DNA of 64,000 nt. Origin: Eledone cirrhosa. Its lineage: Eukaryota. Below are positions 25,478 to 39,550 of the stretch, in pieces. The notes beneath the pieces were generated by a model. It had not been told where the DNA came from, searched no databases, and saw nothing but the letters and a program-made list of their open reading frames with translations. A program made the position numbers and the translations under genes. The stretch covers positions 46,562,001 through 46,626,000 of the forward strand of contig OZ024752.1 of the NCBI GenBank assembly GCA_964016885.1, read 5' to 3'. The number at the start of each line of letters is the position of its first letter. Within the stretch, counting starts at the first letter, position 1.

Positions 25478-26250
25478 CTTTGAACCCTTAATTTTAGTTC
25501 AAAGTTTCTTGTATTATACACAAGAAAATACAATAATTTGCAAGGTGGCTGTGAATTAAGATATCTCCAGCTTGTTTGGGTTGATGTCCTTGATAACCTC
25601 CCTTTAACTCTACTTTATATATATATAATTTATTTCTTAGCGTCAAAAATTTCATTGCACTGCTTGTGACCTGGTCACTAACACACACACATATATATGT
25701 ATATATAATTTTTTTGTTGATGTCAAAAATTTCATTGCAGTATATCGCCTTGTTGACATGCAGCAGCTTGCCACTTAATGATACCCCCCCCCCCCACACA
25801 CACACACCTCTTCGCCCCCAATACTACCACCACCACCACCACCAATACTACTATTAATTGTTTCTACTTTTGGCACAAGGCCAGCAATTATATCAGTGCA
25901 TTACTGGTACTTTATTTTATCGACCCCCGTAAGGATGAAAGGCAAAGTTAACCTGGGCGGGATTTGAACTCAGAATGGCAAGGGCCGTAACTCTATGCTA
26001 GAAAGCATGGCATCTGACCCTCTACGATACTGTCAATCCACCAATATATTTTCTTAATAATGGTTTCTTATATTGCCACAAGGCCATCAATTACCCCAGT
26101 GCATTACTGGTACTTTATTTTATCGACCCTGTAAGGATGAAAGGCAAAGTTAACCTCGGCGGGATTTGAACTCAGATCATAAAGGGCCGTAACTCTATGC
26201 TAGAAAGCATGGCGTCCGTCCGAGCCTCTACGATACTGCCAATCCACCAA
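24420..26250. mobile_element. cluster of SINE family A copies (24420-24597 -, 24632-24738 -, 25185-25375 +, 25857-26043 -, 26060-26250 -)
   Basis: Each matches the family A consensus. Confidence 0.85.
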
Positions 26251-26784
26251 TATATTTTCTTAATAATATATGTTAAATACATATTCTTTCTATTCTAACA
26301 TGTCATGTAAGTAATACAATCACACAAAGGAAATCTCTTTCATTGAATTAAAAATGATTTGAAAGAATGCCAACCATTAAATTGAACAAAAACAAAGTGT
26401 GAAGTTCATTTTATAAAAGTAATTAAATAATCTTTATCGTAATAGAAGATGACTCATCGTTATAATGTTAAACATTGTTTAAGCATGGCTTGCTTCTGAT
26501 ATTGGAGAAAATAAAAAATAAAAAATTATATGAACAACTACTACAACAACAACAACAACAAACATTAACAAATGTTTACTGTATTATTTGGAATATTAAT
26601 TAATTGTATAAGTGAGGAAGTAAATTAAATGATGGATTTCCACATTTTATAACGAACAAATGTAAGATTATTGACAGGAAAATATAAAATGTTGACATTT
26701 TGTTATGGTTAGGAGGAATGTGGTGTAAGTTAGAGATAGTAAACAAAGGGAGATAATCAAATAAAGATGAATTATCTACTGCTG

Positions 26785-27200
26785 GTGTCATGATTAAATA
26801 CACCCAGTACACTCTGTAAAGTGGTAGTATTGGTGCCTTAATAAAATGTATCCAGTATACTCTCTAAAGTGGTAGTGTTGGTGCCACAATAAAATACACC
26901 CAGTACACTCTGGGAAGTGGTAGTATTGGTGTCATGATAAAATACACCCAGTACACTCTGTAAAGTGGTAGTGTTAGTACCATGATAAAATACACCCAGT
27001 ACACTCTGTAAAGTGATAGTGTGGTGCCACAATAAAATACCACCAGTACACTCTGGGAAGTGGTAGTATTGGTGTCATGATAAAATACACCCAGTACACT
27101 CTGTAAAGTGGTAGTGTTAGTACCATGATAAAATACACCCAGTACACTCTGTAAAGTGATAGTGGTGGTGCCACAATAAAATACCCCCAGTACACTCTTT
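26785..27200. repeat. 48-bp minisatellite, same family as 1789-2704, in reverse orientation
   Basis: AAATACACCCAGTACACTCTGTAAAGTGGTAGT repeats. Confidence 0.92.
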
Positions 27201-27413
27201 AAGCTAGTAGTCCTTATGCATGTAAGTATATGTATCCATGTGTGTATGTATGTGTTCACGCATGTGTATGTATGTATGTCATCATCATCATCATTGCAAG
27301 GGTATATATATATAAAAGAAACAGAAGCGAAAACCAACCAAACAGTGAGTGTGTTCTATTATTATTTCTGGCAATATTATTACAATATGACCCTCCCCAA
27401 GTATAACAATATA

Positions 27414-27456
<43 letters not shown>

Positions 27457-27548
27457 ATATAGAAAGGCTTCTATATTAAATATTTATACTCTGCTTTGTA
27501 TTGAGTACCTTACTTACTGTGGTTACCTCCGATTCAACCTGGGATAAA

Positions 27549-27609
<61 letters not shown>

Positions 27610-28195
27610 TATATAAATATATATATATATTAATTTGCTTAAACTTTAATCTGTTATTTTAATAAATATTTGCTCTACGGTTATTATATATTTGATATAT
27701 ATTTATCCTTATCGAGCCCTCTTTGGATTTTAGTCTTCAAATTTATTATTATTACTATATATATATATATGTGTGTGTGCGTATATATATCTGTCGTGAA
27801 ATAGTTGTTTAAGTAACACATTTTCATAATTAAAGAAACTAACTTTGTATGTGAGGTAAAGATAAAGGTAAATATAAAAAATATGAGCTTTTAATGGATT
27901 TTCTTGGTGCATTTGCTTTATTCCATCCGTGAAATACATAAAAGTTTGGTACAACAAATGTGTTCTTTACTTAGAGCAAATACGGGGTCGTTTTGAAAGC
28001 TTTCTTCAAATAAATTTCACAGAATCTGAAAGAAGATGGGATATATAATTCATCAAAGACACCAACAGACACAAGATAGAGATTGAGCTTAAAAAATATC
28101 CTGTCGAAATATCGAACAGAACTTTCGTTGCAGCCTGTTATTTATTTTAGTACTACAACATTGTAGCCTGAGGAACATATCACATAGCTGAGTCA

Positions 28196-28227
28196 CAAAC
28201 ACACAGGCAGACATATATATATACAGG

Positions 28228-28322
<95 letters not shown>

Positions 28323-28517
28323 GCAGACATACTCATACAGGTACATGTATATATAGATATATATATATATATATATACAGGCAGACATATATATATATAC
28401 AGGTACATGTATATAGATGTATATATATATATATATATATACACAGGCAGACATATACATACAGGTACATGTATATAGAGATATATATATACACACAGGC
28501 AGACATATACATACAGG

Positions 28518-28561
<44 letters not shown>

Positions 28562-28862
28562 GGCAGACATATATATATACAGGTACATGTATATAGAGAG
28601 AGATATATATATACACAGGCAGACATATATATATACAGGCAGACATATATATATACAGGTACATATATATATATATATATATAGATATATATATATATAT
28701 ATATATACACACAGGCAGACATATATATATACAGGTACATGTATATAGATGTATATATATATATATATATACACAGGCAGACATATACATACAGGTACAT
28801 GTATATAGAGAGAGATATATATATATATACACACAGGCAGCCATATACATACAGGTACATGT

Positions 28863-28907
<45 letters not shown>

Positions 28908-28942
28908 GGCAGACATATATATATACAGGTACATGTATATAG

Positions 28943-28987
<45 letters not shown>

Positions 28988-29076
28988 GGCAGACATATAC
29001 ATACAGGTACATGTATATAGATATATATATATATATATATATACACACAGGCAACCATATACATACAGGTACATGT

Positions 29077-29116
<40 letters not shown>

Positions 29117-29580
29117 GTAGACATATACATACAGATACATGTATATATATATATATATACATACATATATATATATATATATACACACACGGACATATAC
29201 ACATACATACACATACAGAGACATATACACACAGGCATACATACACATAGAGACATATATATACACACATATATACATACACACATATATAGACATACAC
29301 ACATACACACATATATATACAGACACACACACACACAGACATACACACATGATGATGATGATGATATATATATATGTATATACACACACATATACACATA
29401 CATACAGACACATGTACATACGTAGAAACAGACTCACATACACATGGATGCATACACACACATACAAATGCATACATAGACACATACATACAGACAGACA
29501 CACACACAGACACATATGCATACACACATGCATAGAGACACACACATAGAGACATAGATGAATACACAGACACAGACAAA
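28196..29580. repeat. compound repeat (ACAGGCAGACATATACATACAGGTACATG + (TA)n) followed by a (CA)-rich tract
   Basis: A recurrent motif separated by variable TA runs. Confidence 0.9.
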
Positions 29581-29747
29581 CACGCATTTGTTGTTAATAT
29601 ATAAAATATATTAGCTTCTGCCTAAGAGCAATGTTTACCTGAGCAAAACAGAATTAACTGAATTAGAAAGATTCTGCAGAGTTAAGACTTCTGTAAAGAG
29701 GGAGAGTGCTAAGATAAAGAATATAGGGGAATTTATTGAGAAATTAT

Positions 29748-30228
29748 AGGTGCAAGGTATGTTGTGTGGTTCGCAGTTCACTTCACAACAGAGGTGTAGG
29801 TATGTTGTGTGGTTAGCAGTTCACTTCACAACAGAGGTGTAGGTATGTTGTGTGGTTAGCAGTTCACTTCACAACAGAGGTGTAGGTATGTTGTGTGGTT
29901 AGCAGTTCACTTCACAACAGAGGTGTAGGTATGTTGTGTGGTTAGCAGTTCACTTCACAACAGAGGTGTAGGTATGTTGTGTGGTTAGCAGTTCACTTCA
30001 CAACAGAGGTGTAGCTAAGGAGTTCACTTCACAACAGAGGTGTAGCTAAGGAGTTCACTTCACAACAGAGGTGTAGTTAAGGAGTTCACTTCACAACAGA
30101 GGTGTAGCTAAGGAGTTCACTTCACAACCATGTGGTTTCAAGTTTAACCCAACTGTGTGACATCATAGACAAGTGTCTACTACTCTAGCTTCGGCTTGAC
30201 TAATTCTTTGTGAGGGAAATTTGGTAGA
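29748..30228 (+). mobile_element. degenerate CORE-type SINE whose head is tandemly amplified (43-bp then 31-bp units)
   Basis: The array GGTATGTTGTGTGGTTAGCAGTTCACTTCACAACAGAGGTGTA runs into a SINE body (CAAGTGTCTACTACTCTAGC...TTGTGAGGGAAATTTGGTAG). A related copy is at 38985-39100. Confidence 0.7.
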
Positions 30229-30431
30229 TATAGACCCACTACAGTACCTAATTTATAGAAAGGGACAATAAGAAGTGCAGCTTTTTGTAAACTTTCTTAC
30301 ATATTACAATTTGTTTCTATATCAATCAGATTGGGTGTGATCATGTGATTGGATACCGACTCTTAATTGACACTTCTTCAGATATCAGAGTTTACATGAA
30401 GGGTCCCATCCAAACTGTTGACATATGTATG

Positions 30432-30504
<73 letters not shown>

Positions 30505-30680
30505 AAAAGGTAAATAGAAATAACAACACAATCGGTACAGTATATGAAAGGAATATATTAGGTTAACACTTAAAATAGCAGGAAGAGGGTCTTAACTTTT
30601 CGGACACTAGTCCTTCATCAGAAGAAAGAATGAGAAATAAGATAGATTGAGGGGACGGGTGGGTTGGAATTGGAAAAAAA
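30505..30680 (-). mobile_element. Penelope-like remnant with a hammerhead core, copy of 10485-10650
   Basis: Near-identical to 10485-10650; contains GGACACTAGTCCTTCATCAGAAGA. Confidence 0.7.
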
Positions 30681-30681
30681 A

Positions 30682-30735
<54 letters not shown>

Positions 30736-30793
30736 GCTGAGTGCACGAGCAAAAGGACGTGTTTTTCCTACCGCTGGCATATCATAAAATCAA

Positions 30794-30883
30794 ATTTCCT
30801 CTGAGGATACCGTTCTCATAACAACAAATGCATGAATTACATCTTGATTGCATGAGAGAACCGTTGAAATAATTATAATGAAT
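30794..30883 (+). ncRNA. hammerhead motif with a long stem II
   Basis: CTGAGGA-..GTTCTC...GAGAAC..-GAAA-TAATTA-TA; stem I is weak. Confidence 0.5.
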
Positions 30884-31444
30884 AAACAATTTATGTTACA
30901 CCAGCATCTTTATTAATGTTATTATTATATATATATTTATATATCATCATCATCATCATCATCATCATTTAACGTCCATCTTCCCCACTAGCATGGGTTT
31001 GGACGGGAGTTTTCCCACTTGAGGCAAGATTGGTTGTCTTGCTCGTGTAGGACTGTCTGGCGGGTTTTCTACGGCTGGATGCCCTTCCTAACACCAACCA
31101 CGTTTACAGTGGATATATATATATACATGCATACATACATACATACATACATACAGGCATATACATACATACAAGTACGTATATCTATACACATGTATAT
31201 ATACATAATACACATACATATATATATAGATACACACACACATAATATATACACACACACATATATATATACACACACACATATACATATATACACACAC
31301 ACATACACACACATACACACATATACACACACACACATACACACACACACATATGTGCTCTCCTAATTCTATTTGTTTACTCAAACGTAATTTATTACAA
31401 TTTCATAATTTAGTTTAGTAAAAACCACAGAAAAGTTAATCAAT

Positions 31445-32768
31445 GTTGTTGTGGTTGTGGTGGTGGTGGTGGTGGTGGTGGTGGTGGTGGTGGAGGTGGT
31501 GGTGGTGGTGGTGGTGGTGGTGGTGGTGGTGGAGGTGGTGGTGGTGGTGGTGGTGGTGGTGGAGGTGGTGGTGGTGGTGGTGGTGGTGGAGGTGGTGGTG
31601 GTGGTGGTGGTGGTGGTGGTGGTGGTGGTGGTGGTGGTGATGGAGGTGGTGGTGGTGGTGGTGGTGGTGGTGGAGGTGGTGGTGGTGGAGGTGGTGATGG
31701 AGGTGGTGGTGGTGGTGGTGATGGAGGTGGTGGTGGTGGTTATGGTGGTGATGGTGGTGGTGGTGATGGAGGTGGTGGTTATGGTGGTGGTGGTGGTGGT
31801 GGTGATGGAGGTGGTGGTGGTGTAGTGGTGATGGTGGTGGTGGTGGTGATGGAGGTGGTGGTGGTGGTGGTGGTGATGGAGGTGGTGGTTATGGTGGTGA
31901 TGGAGGTGGTTGTGGTGGTGGTGTAGTGGTGATGGTGGTGGTGGTAATGGTGGTGTAGTGGTGGAGGTGGTGTAGTTGCTGTCATGGTTGTTGTTGTTGT
32001 GGTGGTTATGTTGTTAGTATTGTTGTTGTTATTGTGGTAGTGTAGTTGTTGTTGTGGTGGTGATATTGTGGTAGTGTAGTTGTTGTTGTAGTGGTGATAT
32101 TGTGGTAGTGTAGTTGTTGTTGTGGTAGTGTAGTTGTTGTTGTGGTAGTGTAGTTGTTGTTGTTGTAGTGGTGATATTGTGGTAGTGTAGTTGTTGTGGT
32201 GGTGGTGATATTGTGGTAGTGTAGTTGTTGTTGTGGTAGTGTAGTTGTTGTTGTGGTAGTGTAGTTGTTGTTGTTGTAGTGGTGATATTGTGGTAGTGTA
32301 GTTGTTGTTGTAGTGGTGATATTGTGGTGGTGGTGATATTGTGGTAGTGTAGTTGTTGTTGTTGTGGTGGTGATATTGTGGTAGTGTAGTTGTTGTTGTT
32401 GTTATTGTGGTAGTGTAGTTGTTGTTGTTGTGGTGGTGATATTGTGGTAGTGTAGTTGTTGTTGTTGTGGTGGTGATATTGTGGTAGTGTAGTTGTTGTT
32501 GTTGTGGTGATATTGTGGTAGTGTAGTTGTTGTTGTGGTGGTGGTGATATTGTGGTAGTGTAGTTGTTGTTGTTGTGGTGGTGATATTGTGGTAGTGTAG
32601 TTGTTGTTGTGGTGGTGATATTGTGGTAGTGTAGTTGTTGTTGTGGTGGTGATATTGTGGTAGTGTAGTAGTTGTTGTTGTGGTGGTGATATTGTGGTAG
32701 TGTAGTTGTTGTTGTTGTTGTGGTGATATTGTGGTAGTGTAGTTGTTGTTGTTGTGGTGGTGATATTT
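31445..32768. repeat. (GGT)n tract followed by a GTGGTGATATTGTGGTAGTGTAGTTGTTG minisatellite
   Basis: Simple and tandem periodicity. Confidence 0.92.
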
Positions 32769-32980
32769 TTCCTTTCAAATTACAAAATTCATATTGTGAA
32801 AAATCAATTATTCCTGAAAAACACATTATTTAAAGTCTGTTTAAGATGAAGTTAGAAGATATGACTGCATGTATATATATACATATATATCATCATCATC
32901 GTTTAACGTCCATCTTCCACGCTAGCATGGGTTAGACGGTATAAATATATATATCATTACACACACTTCTCTCTCTCTCT

Positions 32981-33031
<51 letters not shown>

Positions 33032-33068
33032 ATGTGTGTGTGCCTGTGTGTGTGTATGTGTGTCTGCC

Positions 33069-33122
<54 letters not shown>

Positions 33123-33224
33123 CATAAAATGATGAATGCAGCAAAATTATACAGGCTAATAAGATAGGATATATAATGAATCAATAAACAAAAGCATTTA
33201 ATATATACACACCAATCAATAAAC

Positions 33225-33264
<40 letters not shown>

Positions 33265-33399
33265 ATATATATATATGTACATGTTTTTTGCTCCAAGCAG
33301 AACTTTGATTTTCCAAACAGATAAGATGCCCCACAATGATTCAACAAAGTTAGTATATAGCATAGTATAAACAGCCTCATCTGAAGTCCTGTGCTACTA

Positions 33400-33624
33400 A
33401 AGTATTACCACATCCCACCAAAATGTTACCATACCCCACCAAAATTTTACCATATCTCGCTAAAATATTACCATATCCCACCAAAAATTTACCATATCCC
33501 ACCAAAGTTTTACCATATCCCATCAAAATATTATCATATCTCACCAAAATATTACCATATCTCACCAAAATATTACCATATCTCACCAAAATATTACCAC
33601 ATCTCACCAAAATATTACCATATC
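33400..33624. repeat. 21-bp minisatellite (CCAAAATATTACCATATCTCA)
   Basis: About 10 tandem copies. Confidence 0.9.
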
Positions 33625-33716
33625 TGTTCAAACTGGCTGTAACCAGCTGCTCATACTGATGTTAAGGTATTGTTCTCAAAATAAATAATATCAAAATCTC
33701 ATAGATTTGAGATTGT

Positions 33717-34718
33717 GAGATAATTATGTGAAGTAAAGCCTTTACTGTGAAAATACAATAGTATATATAGAGTAATGTAAATGTTATGTGAGATATTATG
33801 TGAGGTAAAGCCTTTACTGTGAAAATACAATAGTATATATAGAGTAATGTAAATGTTATGTGAGATATTATGTGAGGTAAAGCCTTTACTGTGAAAATAC
33901 AATAGTATATATAGAGTAATGTAAATGTTATGTGAGATATTATGTGAGGTAAAGCCTTTACTGTGAAAATACAATAGTATATATAGAGTAATGTAAATGT
34001 TATGTGAGATATTATGTGAGGTAAAGCCTTTACTGTGAAAATACAATAGTATATATAGAGTAATGTAAATGTTATGTGAGATATTATGTGAGGTAAAGCC
34101 TTTACTGTGAAAATACAATAGTATATATAGAGTAATGTAAATGTTATGTGAGATATTATGTGAGGTAAAGCCTTTACTGTGAAAATACAATAGTATATAT
34201 AGAGTAATGTAAATGTTATGTGAGATATTATGTGAGGTAAAGCCTTTACTGTGAAAATACAATAGTATATATAGAGTAATGTAAATGTTATGTGAGGTAT
34301 TATGTGAGGTAAAGCCTTTACTGTGGAAATACAATAGTATATATAGAGTAATGTAAATGTTATGTGAGATATTATGTGAGGTAAAGCCTTTACTGTGAAA
34401 ATACAATAGTATATATAGAGTAATGTAAATGTTATGTGAGATATTATGTGAGGTAAAGCCTTTACTGTGAAAATACAATAGTATATATAGAGTAATGTAA
34501 ATGTTATGTGAGGTATTATGTGAGGTAAAGCCTTTACTGTGAAAATACAATAGTATATATAGAGTAATGTAAATGTTATGTGATATATTATGTGAGGTAA
34601 AGCCTTTACTGTGAAAATACAATAGTATATATAGAGTAATGTAAATGTTATGTGAGATATTATGTGAGGTAAAGCCTTTACTGTGAAAATACAATAGTAT
34701 ATATAGAGTAATGTAAAT
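33717..34718. repeat. 72-bp minisatellite, about 14 copies, expanded inside a piggyBac-like MITE
   Basis: The unit equals the subterminal part of the 4192 MITE, and the flanks continue the MITE sequence. Confidence 0.93.
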
Positions 34719-35665
34719 GGTAAAGGATTAATAGAAAGTGCTCCTAGTCCTAGTGTCACACCCCAGACCTTTAAGTGGGGCCCATGGCATGTGCCATGCT
34801 TGCTATACCCTAGTCACACCTCTGGGTATGTGTCTATGTCATTTGTTTGTTAATTTCAAAAGCTGGCTATACCATAGACTGATCAACTCAAACACTCATC
34901 ATTACAACTGACTGACATCCAACACACAGAAACATACACATACATATATATACACACACTTATACATATACACGCATAACCTCGCCCTCAACACACATGC
35001 ACACACACACATACATACATACATAACATATATACACACATACACAAACATACACACATACGCGTGTAACCGCCCCCTCAACACACATACATACCGTACA
35101 TACCTACACACACATGCACATACATACATACACACATACACATATACTTACACACAAACACACACACACCACACATACACACACACCACATACACCACAC
35201 ATATATACACACTCACACCACACATACACCACACACACCACACATACACCACACACACCACACATATACACACACTCACACCACACATACACACACACCA
35301 CACATACACCACACACACCACATACACACACACACACACCACACATACACACATATAGATATACACACACCACCACACACACCTACACACACACAACTAT
35401 TCATTTACTGGTGTTGGAATCTTTTTTTAGGGTATGCCAGTAAAAACATCAATTACAGCTTTTGATATCCATTTTTTTATTTTCTACTATTTCTTATTTT
35501 TCAATTTTCCATCCCAACTTCGGAAACATAAATAGATGAAGGCGGAAATGATAATCTGTTGACCCTGGCCACAAACCACTTTTTATTGAAACAAATATAT
35601 TTTATTGCTTCTAACCAACATATTTGCTTTTCAACTAGATTAATTGTTCTCAGTCGTGTTTACAG

Positions 35666-36105
35666 TCTGTAAATACATGCTTGACTTGGTAAAAATAGCA
35701 ACCAAATCTACCTTAAATCACACTCTAAATAAAAAAATCTCATATCTGTAAATATATGCTTGACTTGGTAAAAATAGCAACCAAATCTACCTTAAATCAC
35801 ACTCTAAATAAAAAAATCTCATATCTGTAAATATATGCTTGACTTGGTAAAAATAGCAACCAAATCTACCTTAAATCACACTCTAAATAAAAAAAATCTC
35901 ATATCTGTAAATACATGCTTGACTTGGTAAAAATAGCAACCAAATCTACCTTAAATCACACTCTAAATAAAAAAATCTCATATCTGTAAATATATGCTTG
36001 ACTTGGTAAAAATAGCAACCAAATCTACCTTAAATCACACTCTAAATAAAAAAAATCTCATATCTGTAAATACATGCTTGACTTGCTAAAAATAGCAACC
36101 AAATC
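35666..36105. repeat. 79/80-bp minisatellite, about 5.5 copies
   Basis: TCTGTAAATACATGCTTGACTTGGTAAAAATAGCAACCAAATCTACC... in tandem. Confidence 0.92.
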
Positions 36106-36529
36106 CCACCGAGGTTAACTTTGCCTTTTATCCTTACGGAGGTCGATAAAATAAAGTTCCAGTAATCCAGTCTTTTTAATCCCTTTCAAATTGCTGGCCT
36201 TGTAGAAACAATTATTATTATTATTATTAATTGTTTCTACTTTTTGCACAAGGCCAGCAATTACCCCAGTACATTACTGGTACTTTATTTTATCGACCCC
36301 GTAAGGATGAAAAGGAAAGTTAACCTCGGTGGGATTTGAACTCAGAATGGCAAGGGCCGTAACTCTATACGTCAAAGCATGGCGTCCGACCCTCAACTGA
36401 TACTGCCAATCTACCGCCCTTATTATTATTATTAATAACAATAGATAGAAGGATTTATACTGGAAACACAGCACCAAAGTTTGCTTACCAGAAAAATAAT
36501 GATGATGATGATGATGATGATGACTTTAT

Positions 36530-36561
<32 letters not shown>

Positions 36562-37412
36562 CCTCAGGTTCTAACACTGGGGATGTATTAGTGTGTTACC
36601 TCAGTTTACTACCAGTGAACTGAGGTAACACCCCTTATTTTTCAAGTACCCTCTGGAGTATTTGAGCTGTTCCAAGCAATACTGTTGTTTTTTTGTAAAT
36701 GTTTTGTCCATATTGCAATCCCTTTTTGTTTATTGTTGTTGTTGTTGGCTGTGTTGATGTTGTTGTTGATGTTGGTGGTGGTGTTGGTGTTGTTGTTGTT
36801 GTTGTTGTAGTAGCTGTTTGTTATAAATGGCAATGTCTCACAGAGATCCACTTAGAAACCAATGCCAAAAAACAACATGTAGAATACAAGAGAGAGTGAA
36901 TGTGTGGTTCTCTGATTTAGTCTAAAGAGTCTCAAAACTATGACAGCCTGACCAATTTGTGTCCGTGTGGAAAGCAGACATAAAACTATGACAACGATGA
37001 TGGTGATGGTGATGATGATGATGGTGATGATGATGATGGTGATGATGATGATGATGATGAAAATAGCAATGAAATAGAGAGGCATAAAACGACGACGATG
37101 ATGATGATGATGATGATAATGAAACAGAGGCATAAAACGATGATGATAATGATGATGATGATGATGATGATGGTGATGATGAGAATGAAATAGAGGCATA
37201 AAACGATGATGGTGATGATGGTGATGATAATTGTTTCTACTTTAGGCACAAGGCCAGCAATTACCCAGTGCATTACTGGTACTTTATTTTATCGACCCCG
37301 TAAGGATGAAAGGCAAAGTCAACCTCGGTGGGATTTGAACTCAGATCGTAAAGGGACGTAACTATGCTGGAAAGCATGGCGTCCGACCGTCCACTGATAC
37401 TGCCAATCCACC
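36104..37412. mobile_element. SINE family A copies (36104-36215 +, 36230-36420 -, 37230-37412 -)
   Basis: Match to the family A consensus. Confidence 0.83.
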
Positions 37413-37420
37413 GATGATGG

Positions 37421-37475
<55 letters not shown>

Positions 37476-37584
37476 AATGATTTGAATTGCAATGAAAGAG
37501 AGGCTCTTACTTTTATTTCAGTCACTGTTTCTAGATAACATTAACATCAGCAGTTCAACAACGTCTGTGTGTGAGAGAGAGGGA

Positions 37585-37622
<38 letters not shown>

Positions 37623-37904
37623 GACTGACAGAGAGAGTGTAACCATAATACATTTCCAGAAACACGTCTCTTTAATTGACATATCGTAGCTAGAATTTTA
37701 CAAAATGTCTGATTATTATCAGAAGACTTCAGTTTATACCTAATTTTTTTTTTTGTCAGATATTTTTATCTCTTCTTTTCCTGCTTTTCCAATGTGTGAA
37801 AGTATCATTGCAAAAAGAATATTTCAAATGCAATAAACTTAATTTGTTCCTTACTTTTTAAATTACTATTAAAAATTACAGTATTCAAATGATATTTATT
37901 GGAA

Positions 37905-38545
37905 ATAATAATAATAATGAAATATTGTGTACAGTGCTCAGGTGCACTACAACTCATCAAAGGTGTATGTATAGTACATAGGGTGTCAGGAAAATGAACA
38001 GTGCATGAGTCATGATATACACGTGTGCATGTGTATGGAAGGGGTACATCAGGTGTAGTTTTGGCGTATTTCGGGAAGCATGAGTGTCTTAAAGGATGCA
38101 GTGTCTCGGCAGCTAACAACTGACGCAGGCAGTTTGTTCCATGCTTCAGCAACTCTGAGCTTGAAAAAATGTTTACGAAAGTCATGGGAGCTGTGCTGTT
38201 TTCTGATTTTGTAGGCATGTCCACGTGTGTTAGACACATGGAGATCAAAAAGGTGCTCAGGGTTGTTGTTGGCGAGATGGTTAATAACTTTGTGGGTATT
38301 TACCAAGTCCATTGCCAGACGTCGGAGCTTCAATGAATCCATGCCCAGGGAAGCAAGGCGTTCAGAGTATGGTAGGTGTTTGATGGAGGGTATGCACTTG
38401 GTTGCACATCTCTGAACAGTTTCCAGGCGGTCAATGTTCTGAGCAAGATAGGGGTTCCAGACTGATGATGCGAATTCCAATTGTGGTCGTACCATAGCTG
38501 TATACAGTTTTAAATAGATGGCTGGAGAGCGGCTAACAAATGAAT
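37905..38545 (-). mobile_element. CR1-clade LINE, 5'-truncated (ORF2 C-terminus, 3' UTR and (ATT)n tail)
   Basis: ORF 38049..38588 reads LYTAMVRPQLEFASSVWNPY...LETVQRCATK...YSERLASLG..SLKLRR...TRGH...KHFF..RV...WNKLP. Short 3'-end copies at 705-757, 24885-24980, 49865-49960 and 62312-62345. Confidence 0.93.
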
Positions 38546-38699
38546 GAGTTTTAACTGGGCAATTAAAAAAAAGAAACACAAATGACAAATGTAAAAAAGA
38601 TGATCTTCCTTGAATAGCAACAAGGACACCTTGCTGAAATTGTTATATAAACGAGTTAAGATGAGATATCTGAACATCATCATCATTGTTTAACGTCTA

Positions 38700-38982
38700 T
38701 CTCAAAATCTCATAGATTCGATATTATGTGAGATAATTATGTGAGGTAAAGCCTTTACCATGAAAATATAATAGTATATATAGAGTAATGTGAGATAATT
38801 ATGCGAGGTAAAGCCTTTACCATGAAAATATAATAGTATATATAGAGTAATGTGAGATAATTATGCGAGGTAAAGCCTTTACCATGAAAATATAATAGTA
38901 TATATAGAGTAATGTGAGATAATTATGCGAGGTAAAGCCTTTACCATGAAAATATAATAGTATATATAGAGTAAAGGGTTAA
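38700..38982. repeat. 62-bp tandem (4 copies) in a piggyBac-like MITE ending AAAGGG|TTAA
   Basis: Same MITE family as 4192 and 33717 but with a different period. Confidence 0.85.
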
Positions 38983-39361
38983 GGTGTTTGGTTCACAGTC
39001 TCTTGGTTCTAAGGTTCAGTCTTGCTGTACAGCAACTTGTCTGAGTGTCTTCTACAATAGCCTCAGTTTGTCCAATACCTTCTGAGTGGAATTTAGTAAC
39101 ACTCTGTGTGTGGGGTGACACTCCAAGCTGTGTGGAGTGACTCTTCCTGCCCTATGGAGTAATTCTCTAAGCTGTGTGTATAGTGACACTCCAAGCTGTG
39201 TGGAGTGACACTCCAAGCTATATACCAAGTGATACTAAGCACATATTAATTTCACAAATAGCAGGGTCTTCTGTTGGTCAAACGACTAAGACATTTGTTA
39301 TTGGAACCGACTAAGAATTCAACAGACATCCACACACATGCACATACACATGTACATACAC

Positions 39362-39394
<33 letters not shown>

Positions 39395-39550
39395 CACATT
39401 TTTTAGTTACCATTTCTAGCTTGTTAAAAGACCATGTAGAGGTATCCTCATTGACTTGTATTGATGGAAAATGCAACAGCTGCCCTCAATACAATAAACA
39501 CGACTGAAGAAAACAGATAAATATTGATTACCATTTGAAAAGCATGTTAT

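Noticed and set aside
28196-29140. Repeat-spacer pattern resembling a CRISPR array
   Set aside because: The spacers are just (TA)n of variable length, the context is eukaryotic, and there are no cas genes.
28089-29587. Longest ORFs in the track (496 and 464 aa) and all YI/CV/HT-rich ORFs
   Set aside because: They are translations of (TA)n and (CA)n microsatellites.
27918-39503. In-frame TGA in two exon-like islands read as selenocysteine
   Set aside because: No selenoprotein homology or SECIS element is recognisable; non-coding status or a frameshift is simpler.
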